22,628 bases of DNA. Source: a virus (Duplodnaviria; Heunggongvirae; Uroviricota; Caudoviricetes). Positions within the stretch are counted from its first letter, which is position 1, and the number at the start of each line of letters is the position of its first letter. Below the pieces are notes generated by a model, which ran no database searches, was not told where the DNA came from, and saw only the letters and a program-made list of their open reading frames with translations. Of this stretch, positions 1-7,956 are shown piece after piece. The stretch lies in the IMG/VR virus record IMGVR_UViG_2861043448_000001; one strand, given 5' to 3'. The position numbers and the translations under genes were made by a program.

Positions 1-19
1 CTATTTGATAAATATTAAA

Positions 20-1315
20 TTAATTTTTCATTGCTTCGTTATGGGGCATGGTTGGGGCAAACTCGCTTAACTGTGTATTTAACAAAGCTACCTGTGCATT
101 ATTGTTTTCAGACATCCATTTTCCGTATACCTGAAATACCATTTGCGCATCTGCATGGCCCATCTGGTTTGCTATAAATGCCGGGTTAGCACCAGCTGTC
201 AGCGACCAGCAGGCATAAGTATGTCTCGACTGATATGATTTTCGATGGCGGAGTCCGGCACGTTTTATCGCTGCGTCCCACATCTGCCTTATTGAGTCAA
301 CGGTAAAATGGTCACCATAATTTTTTACTCTCGCTGACACTTCAGGTTGAAAAACAAAGGTGCATTTTTGTTTTTCTGTTCTGCCATACTCTCTGAGGTG
401 AACATCAATGATATGCTCTTTGCTCAGTCTCGTTAATGTCATCTGACTCCGGAGAGCGTCGATTGCTGGCTTAATAAGATGAATGACCCGATTGGTTCCC
501 GCCTGTGTTTTTGGTACCGTGAAACGGTCTTTTGCTAAATTTCTCCTGATCATCATTGTTCCATTTTTCAGATCTATGTCCTCCCATCCAAGTGCACACA
601 GCTCACCAGGGCGAACGCCAGTATAAACAGAAACACACCATAAATTTTTTGCTTGCTGATTTCTGCACGCATCGATAAGACGGATAAATTCTTCCCGCGA
701 AAGAGGATCCGGAATGGTTCTTGATTCCTTTAATGGCGAGATCCCCTTAAACGGATTATCTGCCAGGTAACCGTTATCAACACCAAACTGGAACACGGCG
801 TTAAGATTTGTCATGTAATTATTTACAGTTACAGCCGATCTCCCTGGTTGTGTAACAATATAGTTACTTTTGGGGATCTGGTATCCAGTCAGTAACTCTT
901 TACGAACCTCCAGTAATTTTTCTTTATTAATCGATGAGGCAAGATTTTTTTCACCGATTATGCTCAGGATATTTTTGATGACGGCACGGTATGTGTTGAG
1001 TGATGTTTTGGCGACTTCAGTTTCTTTCAGTGCCAGAAATTTTTCAGCCAGTTCTTTTATGGTTAAATCTTGTCGGGCCTCACCAAATTTTTCCAGATTG
1101 CGTGAGGAGGGAAACTGTTTTGCATAGTCGAAAACACCAGTTTTTATTGCGTAACAAACAGAGGAGCGTAGTTCACCTGCAACGCGCCTGTTTTTTGCTG
1201 TGTCAGGAACCCCCAGGTTTTCCCTGACTCTTACGCCTTTATAAACAAACCAGATACGTAATTTCCCTCCATGGTTTTCCACGCCTGTCGGATATTTCAT
1301 TTCAACTTCTCTCAT
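20..1315 (-). CDS. int: Phage tyrosine integrase
   Basis: 431-codon ORF. The C-terminal half carries tyrosine-recombinase signatures in order (YTGVRPGEL, SRHTYACW, QMGHA, VYGKW). An Xis-like ORF lies immediately upstream. Met6 (coordinate 1300) follows a purine-rich gagagaag and may be the true start. Confidence 0.9.
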   Translation of the reverse strand: MREVEMKYPTGVENHGGKLRIWFVYKGVRVRENLGVPDTAKNRRVAGELRSSVCYAIKTGVFDYAKQFPSSRNLEKFGEARQDLTIKELAEKFLALKETEVAKTSLNTYRAVIKNILSIIGEKNLASSINKEKLLEVRKELLTGYQIPKSNYIVTQPGRSAVTVNNYMTNLNAVFQFGVDNGYLADNPFKGISPLKESRTIPDPLSREEFIRLIDACRNQQAKNLWCVSVYTGVRPGELCALGWEDIDLKNGTMMIRRNLAKDRFTVPKTQAGTNRVIHLIKPAIDALRSQMTLTRLSKEHIIDVHLREYGRTEKQKCTFVFQPEVSARVKNYGDHFTVDSIRQMWDAAIKRAGLRHRKSYQSRHTYACWSLTAGANPAFIANQMGHADAQMVFQVYGKWMSENNNAQVALLNTQLSEFAPTMPHNEAMKN

Positions 1316-1334
1316 TAGTTAGTGTGGCTTTTAG

Positions 1335-1586
1335 TCAAGTAAGATGACGTCTTGGTCTCGCTGATGCCTGGCGCTCAATCCAGCGATCAATTTCTTCCAG
1401 GTTGTAAAAGCATGGACTGTTATCCCATGGCATACCGTCATGAGCGACATGCTTATATTCCCTTCCTTCCATAAACGATTTTTCCCGGGCCTTTTTTAAC
1501 GTACCTTTTTTTATTCCTTTCAGCGCAATTAACTGCTCTTCGGATACCCATTTGCCGGGAGAGACAATCATGATTACTTCGCTCAT
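1335..1586 (-). CDS. xis: Excisionase-like small DNA-binding protein
   Basis: 83-codon ORF directly upstream of int on the same strand, with a 19-nt gap. Size and position are typical of lambdoid Xis. The assignment is mainly positional. Confidence 0.65.
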   Translation of the reverse strand: MSEVIMIVSPGKWVSEEQLIALKGIKKGTLKKAREKSFMEGREYKHVAHDGMPWDNSPCFYNLEEIDRWIERQASARPRRHLT

Positions 1587-1658
1587 CGATTTCTTTATCT
1601 CTTACATTAGACGAGCGCCGGTTGCAGAATACCAGTCACAACCGGCGACAGTTGAACA

Positions 1659-4130
1659 TTAAGAATCAGCCTGACTCGGGATCAGTTTTTGCCAGATAAC
1701 TGAAACGTATTTTGCCTGGTAACGGGCGTCATCAAGTGCATTATGGCGCTCACCTTCGAATTGAATAGCCGTTCTGGCATCGAAGTCTATGACTTTCCCC
1801 AGCTCAACGATTGTGCGTACATCGCGATCGTTGTAGTAACGCCACGGGCAGGGGATCCCCTGCCGTTCGTATGAACGGCGCAAAATCGTGTTGTCGAAGT
1901 TGGCTCCATTCCCCCAAACCTGAACAAAAAATTCACCGGAGTTTTCGTCGATAAATTCCCGCAATTGTAACAGTGCATCATCTAACGGGATTTCATCGGT
2001 CATAATGGCAGATTGCGCTTCGCGTGATTGCTTAAGCCACCATTTAATGGTGTCCCGATCAATGACTCCGCCAGCAGTTTCCAGATCGATAGTCTTACTA
2101 AATTCCGGTCCCATATCTCCGGTTTGCGGATCGAAAAATATTGCACCTATTGAGGTGATCGGGGCATCAGGATTTTTTCCCATGGTTTCAAGGTCGATCA
2201 TTAGATGGTCACACGTCCTGCTGGTGGATGTGATTTCGTGATGACCGTTCACCTTAATTGGGTGATCTGCCGTCTCGCCAGTTTCATTATCGCTATTGTG
2301 ATGCTGATTGCCGCCAGTGTTCTCCTTGTGTGGATGTTCAGCGCCTTCCATTTCCTCCGGATCATCTTCCTGAACTTCAACCTGATACTCTTCATCGAAT
2401 GTTTCTTGGTATGTTGCGTCGCCCATCACCGCGCCACAATCAGGGCAGTTGCCGCCGCCGGTCTGACCGCAGGCGGTGCAGACTTTTTCCACTTCCTGTT
2501 GCGCTACTGGTTCAGGCTGTTTCGTTTCTGGCTCGTTTTGTAACGCATTTGGACTGTTTTGTTCCGCTTTTTGGTAGTTCCGTTCCGATTCATGCTGGTT
2601 CTGGTTCACAGAATCGCGGGTCTGGATCCCCTTAACCCATTTCGGATCATTCGGGTCACTAATCCCTTCAACAAATTCACCACGTGATGCAGCAAGCAAC
2701 TTATCAGCGTCAGGCTGGCTGATATTGGCTGCCTGCATAATTTTGTTTACTTCGTCAGCGGTAACTTTTATCGGCTCTGGTTGTTCTGAATCTTCAGCGG
2801 TATCTACATTTTGCGGTAAGCCCGTGTATGTGCCATTTTTTCGGGCAAAATATTCTTCTTTTGTGATTTCAGTGGCGCCAGCAGCCAGTGCCTTATCCAG
2901 ACCAGAAAGTTTGTTTGCGCGACCGTATTTTTCTCCGTCCTTATCTGCGAAGAGGAAATAGAACGGCCCCTCACGCTCTACAGATGGTTCAGCTTCCGGC
3001 GCGGTTTCATTTTTTGGGATATCAGATACCTCAGTTTCCACTGCATCAGTTTGTGTTTCTGATGACTGGAGAACATCAACAGTGCCCAGGTCTGTTTCTT
3101 CATTCTCAAACACGCCCTTTGTCGTCAGGTATTCGCAGATATATTTGTTCAGTGCTACGGGATCTTTGTGAATGTCGATCGGACGCTCACGGACAAGGCC
3201 AAAAATAGTTTGGCGGTCGTAGCGAAGGGCATCAGGCTGTTTGCGCATTGATGCCGAGATACGCTTCCAGTCTTCGCGGTCGTTGTCGATAACTTCTTTT
3301 TTTGCCCAGCGATGGATGCTGCCGTCAATGTTTCCGGCATCCACATCACCAGGCCAGAGAGCGTAGGCCAGTTCGTCATCCAGTGTTTTCCATGTCTGCT
3401 TGTATTCGCGATGAATGGCAGCAATGACCGGGCTGATTTTTCCTGTTGAATTTTCAGTGTACTGTTGATTGGCTCTGGCGCGTGCGAGATCAACAACAGA
3501 CGTGTATTTTCCGGTTTCCTTGCGTTCACCTTCGCGACGTTTTTTCCAGATGCGCATCTCTGCCTGAATTTCGGGCCATTTAGCACCAGGAATACATTTA
3601 TGCTTAACCCACCCAATGGCGTGCAACTTAAGCTCCGGATACATGGCGTTAACTTCTGGCATTTTCATCAACGCTTCAACGATATGTCCGTCGAATGTTG
3701 CCATGTCTTCCTGCAACAATTCCTGTGCGCTAATAACCATATCAACGGTGATGTTTTCACATGTGTCGAACTTAACCATGACAGCGTTCTGTACTTCAGG
3801 GGCCAGCTTGTCAAAAGTGACGTTCATCGGATCGGATTCAGTCTCAACCGGGACAAAAGAAGCAGACTCCTCATCCCAGCGGTTTTCCTGCATATATTCA
3901 GCATCCCATGAATCGAGGGCAGGGCGGGGTATGCCAGGTTTATCCTCGCAGACAATAAATTTATAAGCGCAGTCCTGAGCAGCCGGATAATGTTCCAGGA
4001 ATTGCCAGTGAAATTTTGCTCGAGCACGGCGTTCGTCGCCAGCTTCAATGGCTGTGGCTACAGCCACAGCGCCTTCTTCCCTTGTTGCCAGTTCGTCAGG
4101 AATAGCGGCGCAAATAAAGACTTTACTCAT
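1659..4130 (-). CDS. Large early protein with C-terminal DEDDh 3'-5' exonuclease domain (often annotated as exodeoxyribonuclease VIII-like in E. coli prophages)
   Basis: 823-codon ORF. The last ~190 aa show MIDLETMG (Exo I), WGNGANFDNTIL (Exo II) and HNALDDARY (Exo III). Upstream are a CTACGQ..CPDCG zinc-ribbon-like pair and a long acidic low-complexity linker. Confidence 0.8.
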   Translation of the reverse strand: MSKVFICAAIPDELATREEGAVAVATAIEAGDERRARAKFHWQFLEHYPAAQDCAYKFIVCEDKPGIPRPALDSWDAEYMQENRWDEESASFVPVETESDPMNVTFDKLAPEVQNAVMVKFDTCENITVDMVISAQELLQEDMATFDGHIVEALMKMPEVNAMYPELKLHAIGWVKHKCIPGAKWPEIQAEMRIWKKRREGERKETGKYTSVVDLARARANQQYTENSTGKISPVIAAIHREYKQTWKTLDDELAYALWPGDVDAGNIDGSIHRWAKKEVIDNDREDWKRISASMRKQPDALRYDRQTIFGLVRERPIDIHKDPVALNKYICEYLTTKGVFENEETDLGTVDVLQSSETQTDAVETEVSDIPKNETAPEAEPSVEREGPFYFLFADKDGEKYGRANKLSGLDKALAAGATEITKEEYFARKNGTYTGLPQNVDTAEDSEQPEPIKVTADEVNKIMQAANISQPDADKLLAASRGEFVEGISDPNDPKWVKGIQTRDSVNQNQHESERNYQKAEQNSPNALQNEPETKQPEPVAQQEVEKVCTACGQTGGGNCPDCGAVMGDATYQETFDEEYQVEVQEDDPEEMEGAEHPHKENTGGNQHHNSDNETGETADHPIKVNGHHEITSTSRTCDHLMIDLETMGKNPDAPITSIGAIFFDPQTGDMGPEFSKTIDLETAGGVIDRDTIKWWLKQSREAQSAIMTDEIPLDDALLQLREFIDENSGEFFVQVWGNGANFDNTILRRSYERQGIPCPWRYYNDRDVRTIVELGKVIDFDARTAIQFEGERHNALDDARYQAKYVSVIWQKLIPSQADS

Positions 4131-4223
4131 TTTGTTTTAACCTCATGACAGATTTAAGGATGAACAAATCCCTGCCATTGCTGGCATATAAGAATGAAAC
4201 CGGATATTTATTACGGAACTGTT

Positions 4224-4415
4224 TTAAAGACCTGCCGGGATTTCGATATTATCCTGGTTAATAACTTTATCGACCGGGTAACAGTTACCGGGAATTTTCT
4301 GTTCGGTTGCTGCAGTCATACACTCCTGCATTGTCCTGTGAACACTGACTGCAATATCAACTGGCACTCCGGAAACAAGAAAAACTGTCAGAACAAGCGC
4401 AAATGCTGAATTCAT
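4224..4415 (-). CDS. Small signal-peptide/membrane protein (hypothetical)
   Basis: The preferred start is MNSAFALVLTVFLVSG at 4415. Its ATG overlaps the stop of the upstream Kil-like ORF as ATGA, suggesting translational coupling. The N-terminus is hydrophobic. Confidence 0.55.
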   Translation of the reverse strand: MNSAFALVLTVFLVSGVPVDIAVSVHRTMQECMTAATEQKIPGNCYPVDKVINQDNIEIPAGL

Positions 4416-4600
4416 TGTGCACATCCTTTTGGCATCAGACGTAAACGAGCCAGCATTGAAACAATGCATATTTTATTTAATAGCTCCCGTTCTTGTTTTC
4501 TCTTGTTAATGGCATCTTCAGTAAATACAGGGTTACTGATAGTGACACCAATTTCAAAACAACCTTCAGACGTATTAACGTTTGGTAATAACGTTTTCAT
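4412..4600 (-). CDS. Small early-left peptide, possibly a Kil-like host division inhibitor
   Basis: 62-codon ORF with gagga 7 nt upstream of its ATG. It is the first gene of the leftward operon. The Kil assignment rests on recollection of similar prophage annotations and is not verified. Confidence 0.45.
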   Translation of the reverse strand: MKTLLPNVNTSEGCFEIGVTISNPVFTEDAINKRKQERELLNKICIVSMLARLRLMPKGCAQ

Positions 4601-4652
4601 TATCGCGTCCTCAACAATGAATTTTGTGATGCAGTGCCTGGTGCCTCCAGGT

Positions 4653-4679
4653 GACGTTAACCAGTTAACAATTAACGTC
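4653..4679. promoter_or_regulatory. Candidate operator: perfect 8-bp inverted repeat containing three (G)TTAAC units
   Basis: The sequence gacGTTAACcaGTTAACaaTTAACgtc lies in the ~300-bp gap between the divergent leftward (kil) and rightward (replication) genes. Confidence 0.4.
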
Positions 4680-4743
4680 GGATATCCGGATTAGTGATTT
4701 CAGGTTGTATCGTGAGATCAGTGATGGAAAAAGTATTACGTAC

Positions 4744-4926
4744 ATGATCGCCGGGTTAAATAAAGAATATGGCGATGTGGTGGAATCCGGACTGCTTTTT
4801 GCAGATCCTGCCGTTGTAGATCGTGAAACTGACGAACTTATAGAAAAAGCAATTGCTTTCAAGCTTGCGTATCGACAGCAATACCAACAAAAAGCTGGAT
4901 GGAATTATGAGTCTTCTTTTTGCTGA
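4744..4926 (+). CDS. Hypothetical small protein or remnant upstream of the replication gene
   Basis: The ATG at 4744 lies inside the 73-codon track ORF, which itself starts at TTG 4705. The ORF overlaps the replication-gene start by 20 nt. No recognisable motif and no clear SD. Confidence 0.25.
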   Translation: MIAGLNKEYGDVVESGLLFADPAVVDRETDELIEKAIAFKLAYRQQYQQKAGWNYESSFC

Positions 4927-5872
4927 ACGCCCACTGGTTATAAACACGCAGCTGGCAATGAAAATTGGCTTAAACGAAGCCATTGTTTTGCAACAACTGC
5001 ACTACTGGTTGAGAGATACCAACTCCGGCATGGAATGTGATGGTGTTCGCTGGATTTATAACACAACGGAACAATGGCTGGAACAGTTCCCATTCTGGTC
5101 AGAGTCAACGTTAAAGCGCGCGTTTGCAAGTCTGAAAACGCTGGGGCTTTTGCGTTGTGAAAAGCTCAATAAATCAAAGCGCGATATGACCAATTTCTAC
5201 ACGATCAACTACGGGAGCGAGCTTTTAGATGGTGGCAAATTGAGCGAATCCATCGGTTTAAAATGCGCCGCTCCATCAGGTCAAAATGACACGATGGAAG
5301 AGGTCAAAATGAAACGCTCCATTGGTTCAAAACGACTCAATGTCATCGGGTCAAAATGGCCTGATGATCTTACAGAGAATACAACAGAGATTACTACAGA
5401 GAATAAAAAGACTTCTCGTCCGGAAGCTTCGCAACCGGACCCGCAGACGGTTGAACAGGATTTTTTAACCCGACACCCTGACGCGGTTGTGTTCAGTGCG
5501 AAAAAACGCCAGTGGGGCAGCCAGGAAGATTTGGCGTGTGCGCAGTGGATCTGGGGGCGAATCGTGAGTCTTTACGAGCAGGCCGCCAGCGATGATGGCG
5601 AGATTTCGCGACCGAAAGAACCCAACTGGACCGCATGGGCCAACGACGTGCGCACAATGCGGATGCTGGATGGCAGAACTCACAGACAAATTTGTGAAAT
5701 GTTTGGTCGGGTGCAGCGGGATCCATTCTGGGTAAAAAATATCATGAGTCCGTCAAAGCTTCGCGAAAAATGGGATGAACTGGTTATCCGCCTGGGGCGT
5801 TCGTCTGTACAGCGTTGTGTGAATCATATTTCTGAGCCGGATACCGAAATTCCGCCGGGCTTCAGGGGGTAA
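4907..5872 (+). CDS. Phage replication initiation/replisome-organiser-like protein
   Basis: ATG 4907 is preceded by ggatgg; the track start at 4853 is a TTG. The N-terminal region resembles a winged helix (LNEAIVLQQLHYWL...STLKRAFASLKTLGLL). The C-terminus reads FWVKNIMSPSKLREKWDEL, which I recall from phage replication proteins. The gene sits first in the rightward early block. Confidence 0.7.
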   Translation: MSLLFAERPLVINTQLAMKIGLNEAIVLQQLHYWLRDTNSGMECDGVRWIYNTTEQWLEQFPFWSESTLKRAFASLKTLGLLRCEKLNKSKRDMTNFYTINYGSELLDGGKLSESIGLKCAAPSGQNDTMEEVKMKRSIGSKRLNVIGSKWPDDLTENTTEITTENKKTSRPEASQPDPQTVEQDFLTRHPDAVVFSAKKRQWGSQEDLACAQWIWGRIVSLYEQAASDDGEISRPKEPNWTAWANDVRTMRMLDGRTHRQICEMFGRVQRDPFWVKNIMSPSKLREKWDELVIRLGRSSVQRCVNHISEPDTEIPPGFRG

Positions 5873-5912
5873 GTGTTAATTTCTGGTCATGAGGTAATTT
5901 TCAGGAGGGCTT

Positions 5913-6335
5913 GTGGCAAAAGTTTTTACACAAGAAGAGCGGGAAAAAATTAAAGGGCAGGTTGTTGAACTCGTACGCCGGAGTGGGCGTGAGACGTTAC
6001 GGCAACTGGAAGTCAAGACAGGTGCGACAAGATATCTGATGAGCGTTCTCGCAAGAGAGCTGGTTGCCAGCGGCGATGTATACAACTCTGGTTACGGGTT
6101 ATTCCCGTTTGAACAGGCGCGTAAGGACTGGCAAAATGCCCGTAAAAAGCTCTCAAGGGCAAAGCTGAAGGAACCATCTGCGGTTGATCCGGACCTTATC
6201 TGGTCATTACCTGACGGAGAAATACGTCGTTACGACAGGCGTCATAATATGATTTGTACTGAGTGTCGTAAAAGCGAAGTTATGCAGCGCATATTGTCGT
6301 TTTATCAGGGGGATGTCCGGTATTTATTGAAGTGA
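5913..6335 (+). CDS. Hypothetical protein with an N-terminal winged-helix-like segment
   Basis: GTG start at 5913 follows a strong aggaggg SD at 5903-5909. 140 codons. Confidence 0.7.
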   Translation: MAKVFTQEEREKIKGQVVELVRRSGRETLRQLEVKTGATRYLMSVLARELVASGDVYNSGYGLFPFEQARKDWQNARKKLSRAKLKEPSAVDPDLIWSLPDGEIRRYDRRHNMICTECRKSEVMQRILSFYQGDVRYLLK

Positions 6336-6403
6336 CGAGATTAAAGTGCATTAGTTCAGATGCAAATTGACATTTTGTGGCACAGGGTAGAGCTAGCGTG
6401 GTT

Positions 6404-6427
6404 GTCCGCTTTGTGCCAAGAGCGGAC
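6404..6427 (+). repeat. Palindromic repeat, type H2, copy A (gtccgctttgtgccaagagcggac)
   Basis: 7-bp stem gtccgct/agcggac. Near-identical to the copy at 7620-7643. The flank tttgca...ggggg is also shared with that copy. Confidence 0.8.
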
Positions 6428-6464
6428 TTTGCAAAATGGGGGTTATTTCAATCAAAACGTAACG

Positions 6465-7409
6465 TCACAACCAGCCGACGCTCTCTCGCCATTTATAATT
6501 AGTAACTTTATCATTTTCGCTTATTTTTTTAGATATAGAGCGCGGCTCTCTTCCTAGATACTCAGATATTTCTATCGGGGACAAATCAAAATCAACAAGC
6601 ATGACTCTAAGTTTTTCCATTTCCTTTAAAGTCCAAGGCTTGCCATAATTTTCATAAAGAGATACCTTATGCTCCCTGATAGTTCGCTTTCTCTGAGTTT
6701 CACTTTCCCTCTGAAAAATCTCGCTTTTAAATTGTGAACGGAACTCTTTACAGAAGTTGTTATCAGTTTTTTTGTTATATAGATTGCTAAAAATAAGCTG
6801 GGATGCCGGGTCTAAATCAGGTGTGTTAATAATGAAAACTTTGACCTTTTCCATATAGGGATATTCAATTTTACCCAATATGCTTAATTGCTTTATATTA
6901 AAAAAACCTCTCAAATCAAAAGATTTAATGAGCTTTGATTGGATTACACTTTCAATCCTGCTTGCATTTAAATAACAGTACTTTGCCATTGGAAGGGCCC
7001 ATACTACCAGTTGAGGAATATATTTTTCTAATGCAATGCTCTGCCAATCAGTATCAAAGGTTTGGCTTTTTGCTAGCATGTTTTTCGGCAAATCAGAATA
7101 CATTGTGGTAGATGCCCATATCTTATAATCATTCGCCAAGGCTTGATAGTATTTTGTGTGGTTATGAATTTTATAAGCTGACATGAAGCGATAAACGTCT
7201 TCGTCGTGACCAGCGTCGTAAATTGTTCGATTTCCTCTAAGATAACCGTCGTAATGTTCGGTTATCCTTCTACCTACATTACAACTTACCCCAACGTAAA
7301 CCACACGACTGAAAAGTCCTTTATGGACAATAAGATAAACTCCGCTACAGCCAGATTTCCTGGCCTCTGATAGAGAACCTAAAAATCTCCATTCCATAAT
7401 TAAATCCAT
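6465..7409 (-). CDS. GIY-YIG family nuclease with a C-terminal helix-turn-helix-like domain
   Basis: 314-codon ORF. The N-terminus reads GVYLIV-x9-VVYVGVSCNVGRRITEHY (GIY...YVG...R..H pattern), with a later glutamate in SRIESVIQ. The C-terminus reads PWTLKEMEKLRVML..SPIEISEYLGREPRSISKKI, which looks Myb/HTH-like. The gene is AT-rich. Confidence 0.8.
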   Translation of the reverse strand: MDLIMEWRFLGSLSEARKSGCSGVYLIVHKGLFSRVVYVGVSCNVGRRITEHYDGYLRGNRTIYDAGHDEDVYRFMSAYKIHNHTKYYQALANDYKIWASTTMYSDLPKNMLAKSQTFDTDWQSIALEKYIPQLVVWALPMAKYCYLNASRIESVIQSKLIKSFDLRGFFNIKQLSILGKIEYPYMEKVKVFIINTPDLDPASQLIFSNLYNKKTDNNFCKEFRSQFKSEIFQRESETQRKRTIREHKVSLYENYGKPWTLKEMEKLRVMLVDFDLSPIEISEYLGREPRSISKKISENDKVTNYKWRESVGWL

Positions 7410-7577
7410 AATTATTGCTACTGTTTTTGTTTATCATTATTTTCGTGAAACTTCAACAATTTTATCCAAAAGCTAAGGGCAAAGACTTATATAATTATAC
7501 TTGTCATCGTTAGCGATTATATAGAGTAGTGGCGCTGACCTGCTCCCTGGTGATTCACACAGAATGCTGTTAGTAAT

Positions 7578-7601
7578 GTCCGTTCCTCGCTCTCAGCGGA
7601 C
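7578..7601 (+). repeat. Palindromic repeat, type H1, copy B1 (gtccgttcctcgctctcagcggac)
   Basis: Shares the core tccgtYctcgctc..agcggac with the copy at 11791-11814 (20 of 24 positions) and the copy at 9561-9584 (18 of 24). Confidence 0.75.
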
Positions 7602-7619
7602 CTTCAGCTCAGTGATATC

Positions 7620-7643
7620 GTCCGCTCTGTGCAAAGAGCGGAC
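7620..7643 (+). repeat. Palindromic repeat, type H2, copy B2 (gtccgctctgtgcaaagagcggac)
   Basis: Perfect 9-bp stem with a 6-nt loop. Differs from copy A at two positions. Confidence 0.8.
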
Positions 7644-7956
7644 GTTGGTATGCAAGAGCCCTCCAAAAGTTGATGGTTGGTTTGCAGGGGGGCTTAAAGA
7701 AACTGCACTTATCAAGTTGAAGTTCTGTATTCAGCGAAATCGTAGCACTCTGACGATAAGTAACTCCGGTACTCCGCTCTTCGATGAAGAACCAGAGTAA
7801 TCCCCCCGAAAAACCAGCGCATCAAAATTGGATCTTCAGCGGTAGCTTATCGGCTATCGGAAGTACAGGTGTGGATTCGTGGTGAATTGCTTTGATAATA
7901 AACGATTAATACGGAAAAACGCATTAATCATTTATTAGCTTTTAGTAAACCACAAT

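Noticed and set aside
1-19. attL core adjacent to int
   Set aside because: Only 19 nt lie beyond the int stop codon, and no matching attR-like repeat can be found at the other end of the window. The att sites cannot be called from this window.
2005-3966. Multiple 70-150-aa ORFs on both strands within the exonuclease gene
   Set aside because: All are nested in or antisense to the 823-codon ORF. They have low-complexity translations and no translation signals.
6360-6557. 65-aa plus-strand ORF overlapping repeat A and the 3' end of the GIY-YIG gene
   Set aside because: It has no SD, spans the palindromic repeat and is antisense to a much better ORF.
7564-7800. 78-aa plus-strand ORF in the spacer between the GIY-YIG and 449-aa genes
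   Set aside because: It has no SD (cacacagaATG). It runs through the H1/H2 palindromes, and its composition looks non-coding. I treat it as a chance ORF.
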